Shown piece by piece: positions 38,984 to 49,692 of a stretch of DNA of 64,000 nt. The notes under the pieces were generated by a model, which saw only the letters and a list, made by a program, of their open reading frames with translations, was not told where the DNA came from and made no database searches. How positions within the stretch are numbered: position 1 is the first letter of the stretch; every line of letters starts with the position of its first letter. A program made the position numbers and the translations under genes. The stretch is from Flavobacteriales bacterium. Its GTDB lineage: Bacteria > Bacteroidota > Bacteroidia > Flavobacteriales_F > PHOS-HE28. The stretch is from NCBI GenBank assembly GCA_039931265.1, contig JBDTSG010000094.1:17448-81447 (forward strand), read 5' to 3'.

Positions 38984-41900
38984 GTGCAAGTCGATTTCCT
39001 CTCCCTTACCGAAGCGGCGGCGCTATTGAAGTGCCACCACAACACGGTGCGCGCTTGGGTGCGCCAAGGCAAGCTTGAAGCGATACCGATGGGCGCAGAA
39101 AAAGTGCCCATGTACCGCAAGCGCGATCTGGAAGCATTGAAGCGTCCGTTGGAGAAAGCGGGTGTGATCGTGCGCGACGACAAGCATGCCTTCCCTGTGG
39201 TGGGCATCGGCGCATCGGCCGGTGGCTTGGATGCCGTATCGAAGGTGCTCGCTACGATGCCCACGGATCTGGGCTTGGCGTATGTGATCGTGCAACACTT
39301 GGAAGCCGAGCGCGAACCCGTGTTCGCCGATCTGTTGCGGAAGAAGACCGCTATGCCCGTGTTCGTGGCCGAGAACGGAATGCGCTTGGACCCCGACGTG
39401 GTCTATGTGATTCCCGGCGGAACCTATGCGGCTGTGGTGAACACCACTTTCGCACTGCGCACACCCAACGAGGCCGCGCGCCCCATCGATGCGTTCTTCA
39501 CCCAGCTCGCCGGCGAGTACCAGAACAACGCCATCGGCATCGTGCTTTCTGGCACGGGCATGGACGGCACTGAAGGGTTGCGCGCGATCAGGGCGGAAGA
39601 TGGATTGACCATCACCCAGGACAGCACCGCGCAGGAACAAGGCATGCCGCAGAGCGCGCAAGAGGCCGATGTGGTGGATGTGGTGTTGAAGCCCGAAGCG
39701 ATCGGCCCCGAGCTTGCTGACCTCGTGAAGCAGTTGTACCCCGGTGGCGAAGCCCGCATACCGGGCAAGCACGAGAACGAGATGCGCCGCATCCTGCAAT
39801 ATCTCTACGCGCAACGCGGCATCGACTTCACCCAGTACAAGGAGGCCACCATCCACCGCCGCATCATCCGGCGCATGGTGCTGAGCAAGTGCCGCAAACT
39901 TGCCGATTACTCCGCGCTGTTGCACGGCTTGCCCAGCGAAGTGGACACCTTGTGCAACGACATGCTCATCAATGTCACCAGCTTCTTCCGCGATCCGCTC
40001 TTCTTCAAGGCGCTCACACAGCAGGTGTTCCCCGCACTGCTGAACGACCGGGTTACGAACGACAGCCTGCGGATATGGGTACCCGCTTGCGCCGGTGGCG
40101 AAGAGGTGGTGGGCATCGCCATCACCTTGTTGGAATTCATCGGCGATCGCGCTGTCACTGCGCCCGTTCAATTCTTCTGCACCGACCTGAACGAGCGCAC
40201 GATCGAGAAAGCGCGATTGGGCATCTACAAGAAGAACGCGTTGCAGAACATGGACCCCGAGCTGGTGAAGAAGTACTTCCAGCATGTGGATGGGCACTAC
40301 CAAGTGATCAAGCCCATCCGCGACATGTGCGTGTTCGCGAAGCACGACCTGCTCAAGGACCCGCCTTTCAGCCGTGTGGACCTGATCAGTTGCCAGAACA
40401 TGCTGATCTACTTGGAGAACGCCGCACAAGGCCGCGTGATCAAGTCGTTCCATTATGCACTGAAGCCAACCGGCTTCCTCGCTCTTGGAAAGTCGGAGAG
40501 CGCGAGCGTGGCCGGGGAGATCTTCGACCAGCCGGATCGCACCTTCAAGGTGTACACCAAGAAGAACACTGGCAGCGAGCGCCTGAACTTGGATGTGCGC
40601 TACAAACCGACCCTGCTGCAACCACCTACCGTTTCCTCCGGCGCGCTTCCCTTTCAGCTATCCGCCACCCTGGCCGATCTGGACCGCGACACGGAGAAGT
40701 TGCTGCTGAACCGTTACACGCCCGCCAGCGTGTTGGTGAGTAAGGACCTCAGCATCGTGCGCTTCCGGGGCAACACCGCTCCTTATCTATCGCCAGCCAC
40801 AGGCAAGGCCAGCTTGAACTTGTTGAAGATGGTGCACGAGGACCTCGTGTTCGAGCTGCGCGGCTTGTTGCAGAAGGCCAAGAAGGAGAAGGGGGCCATC
40901 CGCAAGGAAGGGGTACCCATGCGCGCGGATGATCTGTTGAAGCGCGTTTCGCTGGAAGTGGTGCCCGTGGGCGATCCGCGCGAGCAGCACTATCTGGTGC
41001 TTTTCAAGGAAGACATGCAGGCCACCACCGCACCGCCCGATGGTCGCAAGTGGAAGAACGTGCGTGATGAGCGCGAACGCCGCATCCTTCAACTCGAGCA
41101 GGACCTTGCCGAAGCGCGCGAACAGATGCGTGTTGCAGCCGAGGAATCGGAGACCGCCCAACAGGAACTGCAATCGGCGAACGAGGAGGTGGTGAGCAGC
41201 AACGAGGAGTTGCAGAGCATCAATGAGGAACTGGAGACGAGCAAGGAAGAGTTGCAATCCATCAACGAGGAGTTCGCCACCATCAACGAAGAACTGCAAA
41301 CGCGCAATGAGTCGCTGCTGGAAAGCGAAGAGCGTTACCGGCAGCTGATACACCTTATGCCTGTGGCGGTCTTCGTGTGCGACTCCCAAGGCCGCATCAC
41401 CATCTACAACGAACGGGCAGCGGAGCTTTGGGGAAGGGTCCCTGATCAGCGCGAAGGCCAATGGAACGGGGCGTACAGGCTGTACAGCGCAGCCGGGGAT
41501 CTACTGGCGCATGACGAGGCTCCCATGGCCCGCGCCATCAAGGAAGGCCTCGCCATGATCAACGAGGAACTGATCGTGGAACGACCCGATGGTACCCGGC
41601 GTCGGGTGCTGGTCAATCCCACCCCGCTGCTCGACAGTAAAGGCCGGCCCAGCGGTGCCATCAATGTGCTGGTGGACATCACCGAGCACAAGAAGGCGGA
41701 CGAACAATTGCGGGAAATGCGCGTGCGTCTGGACCTCGCGTTGGATTCCGCCGAACTGGGCACGTGGAACATCGATGGCAGGGTGGAGCACATGACGGTG
41801 GATGAACGGTTCAAAGCCATCTTCGGATGGGCCGGGGACACGATCACCGTGGCACAGGCGTTCTCCGTGCTGCATCCCGACGATCGGGAACCTACACGCG

Positions 41901-44900
41901 TTGCGATCGAAGGGGCGACCCGTCCCGTGGACACCTTGCCGTATGAAGTGGAATACCGTGTGGTCCATCCGGATGGCTCCATCCATTGGGTGCTCGCCAG
42001 AGGGCGGTCCATCTTCACGGATGCCGAGCAGGGCAGGGAACTCCTGAGCTTCAATGGTACCGTGATGGACATCACTGCACGGAGGGCGGCGGAGGATGCC
42101 CTGCGCATGAGCGAGCAGCGCTACCATGTGCTGGCGGACAACCTGCCGCAGATGATCTACATCGGCGACCTTACCGGCAAGGCCATTTGGGTGAATGACC
42201 GATGGGTGGAGTTCACCGGCCTGAGCAGCGAGGATGTGATCGCCGGAAAATGGGCCGAGGCTGTTCACCCGGATGATGCCGGGCCAATGATGGAGAGCTA
42301 CATGCAGTGCTTCGCAAAGGAGCAGGATTGGGAGTTCACCTTCCGGATCAAGAACAAGCAAGGCCAATACCGCTGGTTCCTTTCGCGCTGCTCACCGCTA
42401 CGTGGAGAGAACGGCGAAGTGCTGCGTTGGTTCGGAACCAACACGGACATCACAGAGACCAAGCGGGCAGAAGAAGTGCTACGTTCACAGGCGGAACGCC
42501 AAACGTTCATGGTGCGGTTGGGCGATGCGTTGCGTCCCCTGCTCGATCCCGTGGAGGTGCAAGCTGAGGCGAGCCGACTGCTGGCCGAGCAACTCGGTGC
42601 GGACAGGGTGGCGTATTTCACCATCAAGGATGAACAGTACATCGTGGAGCGCGACCACGCCGTCGGTGTTCCATCCGTCGTCGGGGGATATCCGGTCGCG
42701 GCCTTCGGTGACAAACTGTTGGCCACTTACTTGAGCGGAATAACGGGGCTGAGCGACGATGTGCGGCGTGATCCGAATTTCACATCGGCCCAGATCGAGG
42801 CGTACGACGCGCTCCAATTAAGGGCTTTCATCGGGGTGCCCTTGGTAAAGGATGGAACCTTGGTCGGTGGCCTGTCCATACATAGCGCTCAACCCCGCTC
42901 ATGGACGGCGGAGGAGATCGCGATCGCCGAAGAGACGGCCGAGCGCATCTGGGCCTCAGTGGAGCGCACACAAGCAGGAGCCGCCATGCGCAGCAGTGAG
43001 CAACGGTATCGCATGCTGTTCACCACCATGGAGCAGGGGTTCTGCGTGGTCGAGATCGTCGATGATGAAAACGGGAATGCCATCGACTACCGCTTTGTGG
43101 AAGTGAACCAGGCGTTCGAAACGCACACCGGCCTCTCGAATGCCGCGGGCAAGACCATTCGCGAACTCGTACCGGATATCGAACCGATCTGGACCGAGCG
43201 CTATGCCCGCGTGGCGCGCACTGGCGAGGCAGCGCGCTTCGAGGATCATGCCCCAAGCATGGACCGTTGGTTCGATATCTACGTGTATCCGATGAAGCAT
43301 GCTCCGGGCCGCGTAGGCATCCTGTTTTCCAACGTGAGCGAACGGAAACGCGCAGAAAGGGAGCTCGCCACCAGCGAAGAGCGCTTTCGCCTGCTCAGCG
43401 ACAACATCGCCCAACTTGCTTGGATAGCCGAGCCGGATGGCGCCATTCATTGGTACAACAAACGCTGGTTCGAATTCACCGGCACCACATTGGAGGATAT
43501 GCGAGGTTGGGGCTGGCAGAAGATCCACCACCCGGAGCATGTGGATCACGTAGCGGCGAAATTCAAACACCACATCGAGAACGGCATCGACTGGCAGGAC
43601 ACCTTCCCTATTCTGGGTGCTGATGGCAAATACCATTGGTTCCTGTCCCGTGCGTTCCCGGTGCGCGATGAGAAAGGGACCATCCTGCGGTGGTTCGGCA
43701 CCAACACCGATGTGACCGAATTGCGCGAAGCCGAAGAACGCCTGCGCGAAAGCGAAGTGAACTTCCGAATGTTGGCCGACAACATGGACCAACTGGCCAT
43801 GATCACGGATGCCGATGGAAAGGCTGAATGGTTCAACAAGCGATGGCAGACCGCACTGGGCGTGGACTTCGCGAGCCTGAGCCGTGAAGAACGCTTAAGC
43901 TGGATGCATCCTGATGATGTTGAGCGCATGTGGAACGCGTTCCGGAATGGATTGGCCTCCGGCAAGCCGTGGGATGCGACTTTCCGGATGCGGGTGAGCA
44001 GCGGTGAGTACCGATGGTTCCTTACCCGTTCGGTTCCAGTTGCCGGGCATGAAGGCGAAGTGCTGCGTTGGTTCACCACGAACACGGACATCACCGAAGC
44101 CAAGCAAGCCGCGCAAGTAGTGCAGGATCGTCAGGACCGGTTGATGTCTGCTGCCGAAGCGGCGGAGCTGGGTGTGTTCATGTGGCATATCCACAAGGAT
44201 GAACCCTCGTGGGAGAACGACCGGATGTTCGCCATTTTCGGTCGCACGCGGGAGGAAGGCCCCCTGACCAGTGCGGCGTTCGAACGGGAAGCGGTGCATC
44301 CAGAAGATCTGCCCGGCCTGCGCGAAAAGGTGGCCGGTGCAGTGGCAGAGGTGGGCGCATTCGATCATGTGTTCCGCATTCATCGCCCTGGGGAGAAGCA
44401 ACCCCGTGTTCTTCAAGTGACCGCCCAGGTGCAACAGACCAGCGGAACACCGGACCGCATCGTGGGTGTAATGGCGGACATCACGGACCGCGAAACGGAC
44501 GCCGAAGCGGCACGGCGCTTGGCGGCCATCGTCGCATCCACCCATGACGCCGTGATCAGCAAAGACCTCAACGGGATCATCACCAGTTGGAACCAGGCCG
44601 CCACCGAGGTGTTCGGCTACACGGCCGAGGAGACTGTAGGACGATCCATTCTGATGCTCATACCGGAGGAACTACAAGGCGAGGAGGCGACGATCCTGGC
44701 CCGGTTACGCAAGGGCGAGCGGATCGAGCACTACGAGACCGTAAGGCAGCGGAAGGATGGAACCCGCATCGAGGTGGCGCTTACAGTATCGCCCATCATA
44801 ACGAACGAGGGCGTTGTGATCGGCGCATCGAAAGTGGCGCGGGACATTTCCGAACGCAAGCGTTTGCAACAGGACATCACCACGGCGAACGAACAGTTGC

Positions 44901-46363
44901 GCATGGTCACCTATCACATGCCCGTGGCCGTGGCGCGTGTGGGCCGGGATCAGCGTTTCATGTGGGCAAGTCAGGGTTATCTGGAATGGATCGGGTTGGC
45001 TGAAGCGCGGGTGGAAGGCAAGCAACTGCGCGAAGTGCTCGGCGAAGAGGCCCACGCGGCATTGCTTCCGTACATGGAGCAAGTGCTGAAAGGTGAGCCA
45101 GTAGAATGCGAAGTGCATGTTGAACTGCCTACACGCGGAAAGCGCTGGTTGGATGTGAAGTATGCGCCCCTGTATGAAGGTGAGAACATCCCGTCCGGCT
45201 GGATCGAGGTGATCACGGATATCACCGAGCAGAAGCAGACCGAAGAAGCACTGGAGGAAAGTTCAAAGCACAAGGATCACTTCCTTGCCACGCTTGCACA
45301 TGAGCTGCGCAACCCGCTGGCCCCGTTGAAGAACGGATTGCAACTGATGGAACTGGCGCCCGACGACCCATCGGTGATGGAATCCACCCGGGCCATGATG
45401 ACGCGCCAACTCGACCACATGGTCCGCTTGGTGGACGATCTGATGGACCTGAGCCGGATCAGCCGTGGCAAGATCGAACTGGAACGGGAGCCGGTAGGAT
45501 TGAACGGTATCGTGGCCATGGCCATTGAAGCGAGCAAACCGCACATAGAGAACAAAGGACACCAGTTGGAGGTGGACATGGGCCACGCGGACAACATAGT
45601 GAACGGTGATGCCGCGCGGTTGACACAAGTGGTGGCCAACTTGCTGAACAATGCGGCCAAATACACCCTCCAAGGTGGTCGCATAAGCATTGCCGTAGGA
45701 CGCCGTGGCGATGAAGCGGAGATCCGCGTGAAAGACAATGGCATCGGTATTGAACCGGCCTTCTTGTCGCACGTCTTCGACATGTTCGCCCAAGTGGACC
45801 CTTCACAGAAAACCCAAGCCGGTGGTGGATTGGGGATCGGCTTGAACATCGTTCAGCGGCTGGTGAACATGCATGGCGGCACTGTTGAAGGGCGTAGTGA
45901 AGGATCGGGGCGTGGAAGCGAGTTCATCGTGCGCCTGCCCGTGTTGCCCTCCATTCAGCGACCTGCGGCCGCGCCATCTTCCAAGACCCGCCCCGAAGTG
46001 CCGTCGCGACGCTTGCTCGTAGTGGATGACAACCATGACGCCGCACTTTCAATGTCGATGATCCTCAAGAAGCGTGGCCACCTGGTGCAGGTCGCGAACG
46101 ATGGGGAACAGGCCCTGGCAGTAGGTGCCACCTTCCATCCGGAAGTGGTGCTGATGGATATCGGCATGCCGCGGATGAACGGCTATGAAGCGTGCGCACG
46201 CATGCGCACTTCGGACTGGGGTAAGGACGCTTTGATCATAGCGCTAACCGGCTGGGGCCAAGAGGAAGATCGGCGTCGCAGCCAGGAGGCCGGTTTCGAT
46301 AACCACTTGGTGAAACCCATCGAGACAGGCACATTGGAGCGTATGATCGCTTCGGTGAAGTGA
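38984..46363 (+). CDS. Hybrid histidine kinase: HTH_17 (excisionase-like) - CheB - CheR - PAS array/GAF - HisKA - HATPase - REC
   Basis: LSLTEAAALLKCHHNTVRAWVRQGKL; CheB GIGASAGG/VQH/LSGTGMDG; CheR INVTSFFRD/RIWVPAC/DLISCQNMLIY; about 10 PAS-like domains plus one GAF; AHELRNPL; NLLNNAAKYT/DNGIG/GLGIGL; REC VVDDN/MDIGMP/LVKP. Confidence 0.95.
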   Translation: MQVDFLSLTEAAALLKCHHNTVRAWVRQGKLEAIPMGAEKVPMYRKRDLEALKRPLEKAGVIVRDDKHAFPVVGIGASAGGLDAVSKVLATMPTDLGLAYVIVQHLEAEREPVFADLLRKKTAMPVFVAENGMRLDPDVVYVIPGGTYAAVVNTTFALRTPNEAARPIDAFFTQLAGEYQNNAIGIVLSGTGMDGTEGLRAIRAEDGLTITQDSTAQEQGMPQSAQEADVVDVVLKPEAIGPELADLVKQLYPGGEARIPGKHENEMRRILQYLYAQRGIDFTQYKEATIHRRIIRRMVLSKCRKLADYSALLHGLPSEVDTLCNDMLINVTSFFRDPLFFKALTQQVFPALLNDRVTNDSLRIWVPACAGGEEVVGIAITLLEFIGDRAVTAPVQFFCTDLNERTIEKARLGIYKKNALQNMDPELVKKYFQHVDGHYQVIKPIRDMCVFAKHDLLKDPPFSRVDLISCQNMLIYLENAAQGRVIKSFHYALKPTGFLALGKSESASVAGEIFDQPDRTFKVYTKKNTGSERLNLDVRYKPTLLQPPTVSSGALPFQLSATLADLDRDTEKLLLNRYTPASVLVSKDLSIVRFRGNTAPYLSPATGKASLNLLKMVHEDLVFELRGLLQKAKKEKGAIRKEGVPMRADDLLKRVSLEVVPVGDPREQHYLVLFKEDMQATTAPPDGRKWKNVRDERERRILQLEQDLAEAREQMRVAAEESETAQQELQSANEEVVSSNEELQSINEELETSKEELQSINEEFATINEELQTRNESLLESEERYRQLIHLMPVAVFVCDSQGRITIYNERAAELWGRVPDQREGQWNGAYRLYSAAGDLLAHDEAPMARAIKEGLAMINEELIVERPDGTRRRVLVNPTPLLDSKGRPSGAINVLVDITEHKKADEQLREMRVRLDLALDSAELGTWNIDGRVEHMTVDERFKAIFGWAGDTITVAQAFSVLHPDDREPTRVAIEGATRPVDTLPYEVEYRVVHPDGSIHWVLARGRSIFTDAEQGRELLSFNGTVMDITARRAAEDALRMSEQRYHVLADNLPQMIYIGDLTGKAIWVNDRWVEFTGLSSEDVIAGKWAEAVHPDDAGPMMESYMQCFAKEQDWEFTFRIKNKQGQYRWFLSRCSPLRGENGEVLRWFGTNTDITETKRAEEVLRSQAERQTFMVRLGDALRPLLDPVEVQAEASRLLAEQLGADRVAYFTIKDEQYIVERDHAVGVPSVVGGYPVAAFGDKLLATYLSGITGLSDDVRRDPNFTSAQIEAYDALQLRAFIGVPLVKDGTLVGGLSIHSAQPRSWTAEEIAIAEETAERIWASVERTQAGAAMRSSEQRYRMLFTTMEQGFCVVEIVDDENGNAIDYRFVEVNQAFETHTGLSNAAGKTIRELVPDIEPIWTERYARVARTGEAARFEDHAPSMDRWFDIYVYPMKHAPGRVGILFSNVSERKRAERELATSEERFRLLSDNIAQLAWIAEPDGAIHWYNKRWFEFTGTTLEDMRGWGWQKIHHPEHVDHVAAKFKHHIENGIDWQDTFPILGADGKYHWFLSRAFPVRDEKGTILRWFGTNTDVTELREAEERLRESEVNFRMLADNMDQLAMITDADGKAEWFNKRWQTALGVDFASLSREERLSWMHPDDVERMWNAFRNGLASGKPWDATFRMRVSSGEYRWFLTRSVPVAGHEGEVLRWFTTNTDITEAKQAAQVVQDRQDRLMSAAEAAELGVFMWHIHKDEPSWENDRMFAIFGRTREEGPLTSAAFEREAVHPEDLPGLREKVAGAVAEVGAFDHVFRIHRPGEKQPRVLQVTAQVQQTSGTPDRIVGVMADITDRETDAEAARRLAAIVASTHDAVISKDLNGIITSWNQAATEVFGYTAEETVGRSILMLIPEELQGEEATILARLRKGERIEHYETVRQRKDGTRIEVALTVSPIITNEGVVIGASKVARDISERKRLQQDITTANEQLRMVTYHMPVAVARVGRDQRFMWASQGYLEWIGLAEARVEGKQLREVLGEEAHAALLPYMEQVLKGEPVECEVHVELPTRGKRWLDVKYAPLYEGENIPSGWIEVITDITEQKQTEEALEESSKHKDHFLATLAHELRNPLAPLKNGLQLMELAPDDPSVMESTRAMMTRQLDHMVRLVDDLMDLSRISRGKIELEREPVGLNGIVAMAIEASKPHIENKGHQLEVDMGHADNIVNGDAARLTQVVANLLNNAAKYTLQGGRISIAVGRRGDEAEIRVKDNGIGIEPAFLSHVFDMFAQVDPSQKTQAGGGLGIGLNIVQRLVNMHGGTVEGRSEGSGRGSEFIVRLPVLPSIQRPAAAPSSKTRPEVPSRRLLVVDDNHDAALSMSMILKKRGHLVQVANDGEQALAVGATFHPEVVLMDIGMPRMNGYEACARMRTSDWGKDALIIALTGWGQEEDRRRSQEAGFDNHLVKPIETGTLERMIASVK

Positions 46364-46367
46364 CGGA

Positions 46368-47147
46368 TCACTTCAAAGCCCGACCGAGAAAACCCTTTGC
46401 CGCTTCGTTGAACACCTCAGGTGCTTCCGCGTTGGGCAAGTGTGCCGCATCAGGAACGATCACCAAATGCGCCCGGGGCACCGACTTGCTCATTGTTCCG
46501 CTTTCGGTGCTGGGGATCAGCGTATCCCGCTCTCCGGCAATGATCAACGTTGACACATGGATCCCGGCCAGCATACCGGTTCGATCAGGCCTTGCGGCCA
46601 TGCCGCGCAAAGCAGCAACAACGCCATCCACACGTTGTTCAGCCATCATCGACCTGATGGATGCACCGAGTTCAGGTCGTGCGGCAAGCGTTGTGGGCGC
46701 CAGCATCTTCGGAAGCATGTCATCGGCCAACCGGGCCACGCCTTTGTCCAGCACCGCGAGGGCCGTTGCCTCTCTGGCGCTCTTTGCTTCATTGCTGTCC
46801 GCGCCAGCCTTGGTGCTGCAAAGTATCAGGCCCCGAAGCGCTCCGGGAAAGCGTGCGGCGAACGCCAGCGCAACATACCCCCCCATTGATAACCCGCAGA
46901 TCACAGCACCAGTGATACGCAAGTGCTCGAGCAGCGTCTTCACATCCGCTGCGTGCTCCTCCATTCCCATGGTGGCAGGCACATCAGTGGCAGCGCCGAA
47001 GCCGCGCAGGTCCGGTACGATCAGACGCGCGCTGTTGCGCAATCCGTTCAACTGCGGCTCCCACAAACGCCGATCGTGCGGAAAACCGTGGATGAGCACC
47101 AGCGGAATACCTGTGCCCACTTCGGAATACGGGAGAAGTCGTGTCAT
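46368..47147 (-). CDS. Alpha/beta fold hydrolase
   Basis: LIHGFP, PDLRGFG, GLSMGG, GERD, AAH. Confidence 0.93.
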   Translation of the reverse strand: MTRLLPYSEVGTGIPLVLIHGFPHDRRLWEPQLNGLRNSARLIVPDLRGFGAATDVPATMGMEEHAADVKTLLEHLRITGAVICGLSMGGYVALAFAARFPGALRGLILCSTKAGADSNEAKSAREATALAVLDKGVARLADDMLPKMLAPTTLAARPELGASIRSMMAEQRVDGVVAALRGMAARPDRTGMLAGIHVSTLIIAGERDTLIPSTESGTMSKSVPRAHLVIVPDAAHLPNAEAPEVFNEAAKGFLGRALK

Positions 47148-47227
47148 CTGAGCGGTCGTTCAAGTTCAAGCATCGGCCTTGCACATCTGTTGCATCCACG
47201 CCGCGGATCGTAGAAATAGTGTGGCGG

Positions 47228-47443
47228 TCATTGCACAGCACCAGCATGCGTGGCTGTGGTCGGCTCTGCTGCATCGCTATCATTCCCTACCAATTCTGCC
47301 GGATCGAACAACCACAACAACGAGAAAGCGCCGATGGAAACGATCACAAGCCAGAACATGAGCTTTGAGAGCACGGACTGCGGAAGCAGTTCAGGTTCTG
47401 AAGCCGAGCGCGTGGTCATTTTGTCTATGGGATGATGGGGCAT
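47228..47443 (-). CDS. Small single-TM hypothetical protein
   Basis: TM LMFWLVIVSIGAFSLLWLF; sigma54-like motif about 42 nt upstream. Confidence 0.5.
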   Translation of the reverse strand: MPHHPIDKMTTRSASEPELLPQSVLSKLMFWLVIVSIGAFSLLWLFDPAELVGNDSDAAEPTTATHAGAVQ

Positions 47444-47819
47444 GAGGTGTGGGCTTGGCAAATGTGTTCGCACAAACGCTACGCCATCCGGGATCGGCGC
47501 CGGATCTGCCTCAACGCGTTCAAAATCCGATCCGATGCCCACAACCCACAATGCCACCGCATCTGCAACTGCAGGTGGCACCGACAACTCATCGCCCAAT
47601 GCGCCAAACGGGAAAGAGATGCGACCAAGGCGTCGCCGCGTACTGCGACCTTACTTCAGTGTGAAACTTTCAGAGGCGGAGCGGAAGTTCCGAACGTGAG
47701 GCGGAAAATGGATCCTGCGCGCAGCACCATGCCTTGATCCTGAAAGCCTCGTTCGATCAACGATGAACAGCGGCAGTTCACAAACTGACCGCACACATAA
47801 CTTTCGCAAAACACCGATC

Positions 47820-48257
47820 ATGGCACAGCGCAGCAACAGCAAAAAAGCAACGAAATCGAAACCCGTGAAGAAGGCTGCGGCAAAATCAGCAGCGCGGAAA
47901 AAACCGGTCAATACGAAGCCGAGGAGGGCGACACGAAATGGCACAGTGAAAAAGGTCGGAAAGGCGACCAAAACGATCAAGAAGGTGACTGCCGTGAAGA
48001 AACAAGCGGCGCGCGCAGTATCGGCTATCAAGGCGAAGGTGGCCGCGAAAAAAAAGGTGGTTGAACGCACGGTGGCGTCCTCCAAAAAGCGCGCAGGAAA
48101 AAAGGAAAGCGCCGTGAGGAAGGTGGTGGTGAAAGTCCTGGCATCCGCCATCGGAGGCGTGCGCGAAGTGCGCGCGGTGGTCGGGCACGCAATTCTTGGG
48201 GAAGAACCAGCGGCTCAACCAGAAGATGGAAAGCAAAAGACCAGTCCCAAAAAGTAG
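47820..48257 (+). CDS. Lys/Ala-rich histone H1-like basic protein
   Basis: KKAAAKSAARKK/KKV repeats over about 100 aa; A/C-rich leader. Confidence 0.72.
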   Translation: MAQRSNSKKATKSKPVKKAAAKSAARKKPVNTKPRRATRNGTVKKVGKATKTIKKVTAVKKQAARAVSAIKAKVAAKKKVVERTVASSKKRAGKKESAVRKVVVKVLASAIGGVREVRAVVGHAILGEEPAAQPEDGKQKTSPKK

Positions 48258-48291
48258 AAGGGCGGATCGGAAAGCACGGCTCCCGAATTCG

Positions 48292-48951
48292 TTACCTGGA
48301 GCCTGAACACCACCGCCCCCAAGCCTTCATCTGTGCCGCGTTGAGCACCTTTCCCAGCTCTTGGTGCAGCCCTTCCGCACCGACCGATCCGGCAGGAAAG
48401 GTCTGAACAACAGCGCTGTCCGGCGGAAGTGTAACTGCTTGTTGCTTTGGAAGTCTCTTGACGTTGGGCGGATCGCCAGCCGGATTGGTATTGAAGCCTT
48501 CCTGGATCTCTGCCGGTGTTCGGATGTTGCTGCTGGTATTCCCACCGGATGTCGGTGCTGCGGATTGTCCATCAGCGCGTTGACCATCAGGCATTGTCGT
48601 TCCGGCGGTGCTGCTTGGATGTTGTGCAGCGCTGGGGAGGGTCCGACCCAAATTGTCCTTTTCAGTGCGCACACGTCGATCCTCGTTTGAATGCGCAAGG
48701 ATCCTGTCGCCACTCGGGGCGTTCTGCGTTCGGTCCCGCGCAGCATCGCCGGTATCCGGATAGCGCTGCCGAATGGCCATCAACTGAAAGACCTGTTGTT
48801 GATCGACGCCGAGTTGCGCCCATGTCGAACTGTCCGCTCGCCAGAGGCATTCACGGTATTGCAACTCAGTAACCGTTCCCTGTCCCGAGCATGCGGTGCG
48901 GATCACGACCGCCAATGCCGTTGTCAAAAGTGTTGTTACCCGGAGTTCCAT
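48292..48951 (-). CDS. Hypothetical exported protein with a long disordered insert
   Basis: Signal-like N-terminus; WAQLGV..Q...I..RY and ELGKVLNAAQMKAW bracket a low-complexity region. Confidence 0.6.
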   Translation of the reverse strand: MELRVTTLLTTALAVVIRTACSGQGTVTELQYRECLWRADSSTWAQLGVDQQQVFQLMAIRQRYPDTGDAARDRTQNAPSGDRILAHSNEDRRVRTEKDNLGRTLPSAAQHPSSTAGTTMPDGQRADGQSAAPTSGGNTSSNIRTPAEIQEGFNTNPAGDPPNVKRLPKQQAVTLPPDSAVVQTFPAGSVGAEGLHQELGKVLNAAQMKAWGRWCSGSR

Positions 48952-48980
48952 GTTCGTTGCTAGTTCCTCCCGCGAGGCGT

Positions 48981-49034
48981 TCATTTCGCGTGCCATAATT
49001 GGAGAGGAGTAATGTGCGTTGGCATGCGCATTGA
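48981..49034. promoter_or_regulatory. Back-to-back sigma54-like -24/-12 elements
   Basis: TGGCACGCGAAATGA (minus, 48981-48995) and TGGCATGCGCATTGA (plus, 49020-49034), each about 43-44 nt before a start codon. Confidence 0.55.
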
Positions 49035-49064
49035 CCCTCACGGTTCAACGAACAACCAGAACCA

Positions 49065-49574
49065 ATGAGCAACCATGCGCGGATCCGGGATCGCGAAGCG
49101 ACCGAAAAATTGAAGGAGATCGTGAAACATCAAGGCATCTGCATGATGATCACGAACGTTGACGAGCACCCCACGAACAGCCGCCCGATGGGCGTTGGTG
49201 AAGTGGACGATGAGGGCAACTTCCTGTTCCTCACGCTGCGGACAAGTCGCAAGTACGCCGACGTGACGAAAGATCCGCGCGTCTACTTGTACTTCGCGAA
49301 CCCCGGCGATCAAGAATTCCTTTCGGTTCTTGGCACTGCCGAAGTACTCAATGACATGGCGAAGAAGAAGGACCTGTGGAATCCTCTCGCCAAGGCTTGG
49401 GTACCGGATGGGGTGGAAAATCCCGACCTGCGCGTAATGAAGGTGGTGCCGCAAGATGGATACTACTGGGATACGAGAGATGGGAAAGTCGTGGCCGCCG
49501 TCAAGATCGCCTTCGCTCTCATCACCGGTAAAACCTCCGATGATGGCGGTGTTGAAGGCCGTGTGAAGGTGTAA
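49065..49574 (+). CDS. General stress protein 26 / pyridoxamine 5'-phosphate oxidase-like FMN-binding protein
   Basis: CMMIT, SRPM, FLSVLGTAE, LWNPLAKAW, GYYWD. Confidence 0.92.
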   Translation: MSNHARIRDREATEKLKEIVKHQGICMMITNVDEHPTNSRPMGVGEVDDEGNFLFLTLRTSRKYADVTKDPRVYLYFANPGDQEFLSVLGTAEVLNDMAKKKDLWNPLAKAWVPDGVENPDLRVMKVVPQDGYYWDTRDGKVVAAVKIAFALITGKTSDDGGVEGRVKV

Positions 49575-49692
49575 GTGGAGACCGAAATCGAAGAACCGTG
49601 GACAAGGCTACGCGGCCATGAGGCGGAAGTCCTGATCCACGACCAGAAGCAGTTCACGCACTTCCGCAGTATGCGCTACCGCTCGGTCATGA

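Noticed and set aside
38984-39150. Excisionase marking an integrated element
   Set aside because: The HTH is fused in frame to the kinase, and no integrase or att/tRNA site was seen.
39180-40560. Chemotaxis operon
   Set aside because: CheB and CheR are domains of a single kinase; no MCP, CheA or CheW genes are present.
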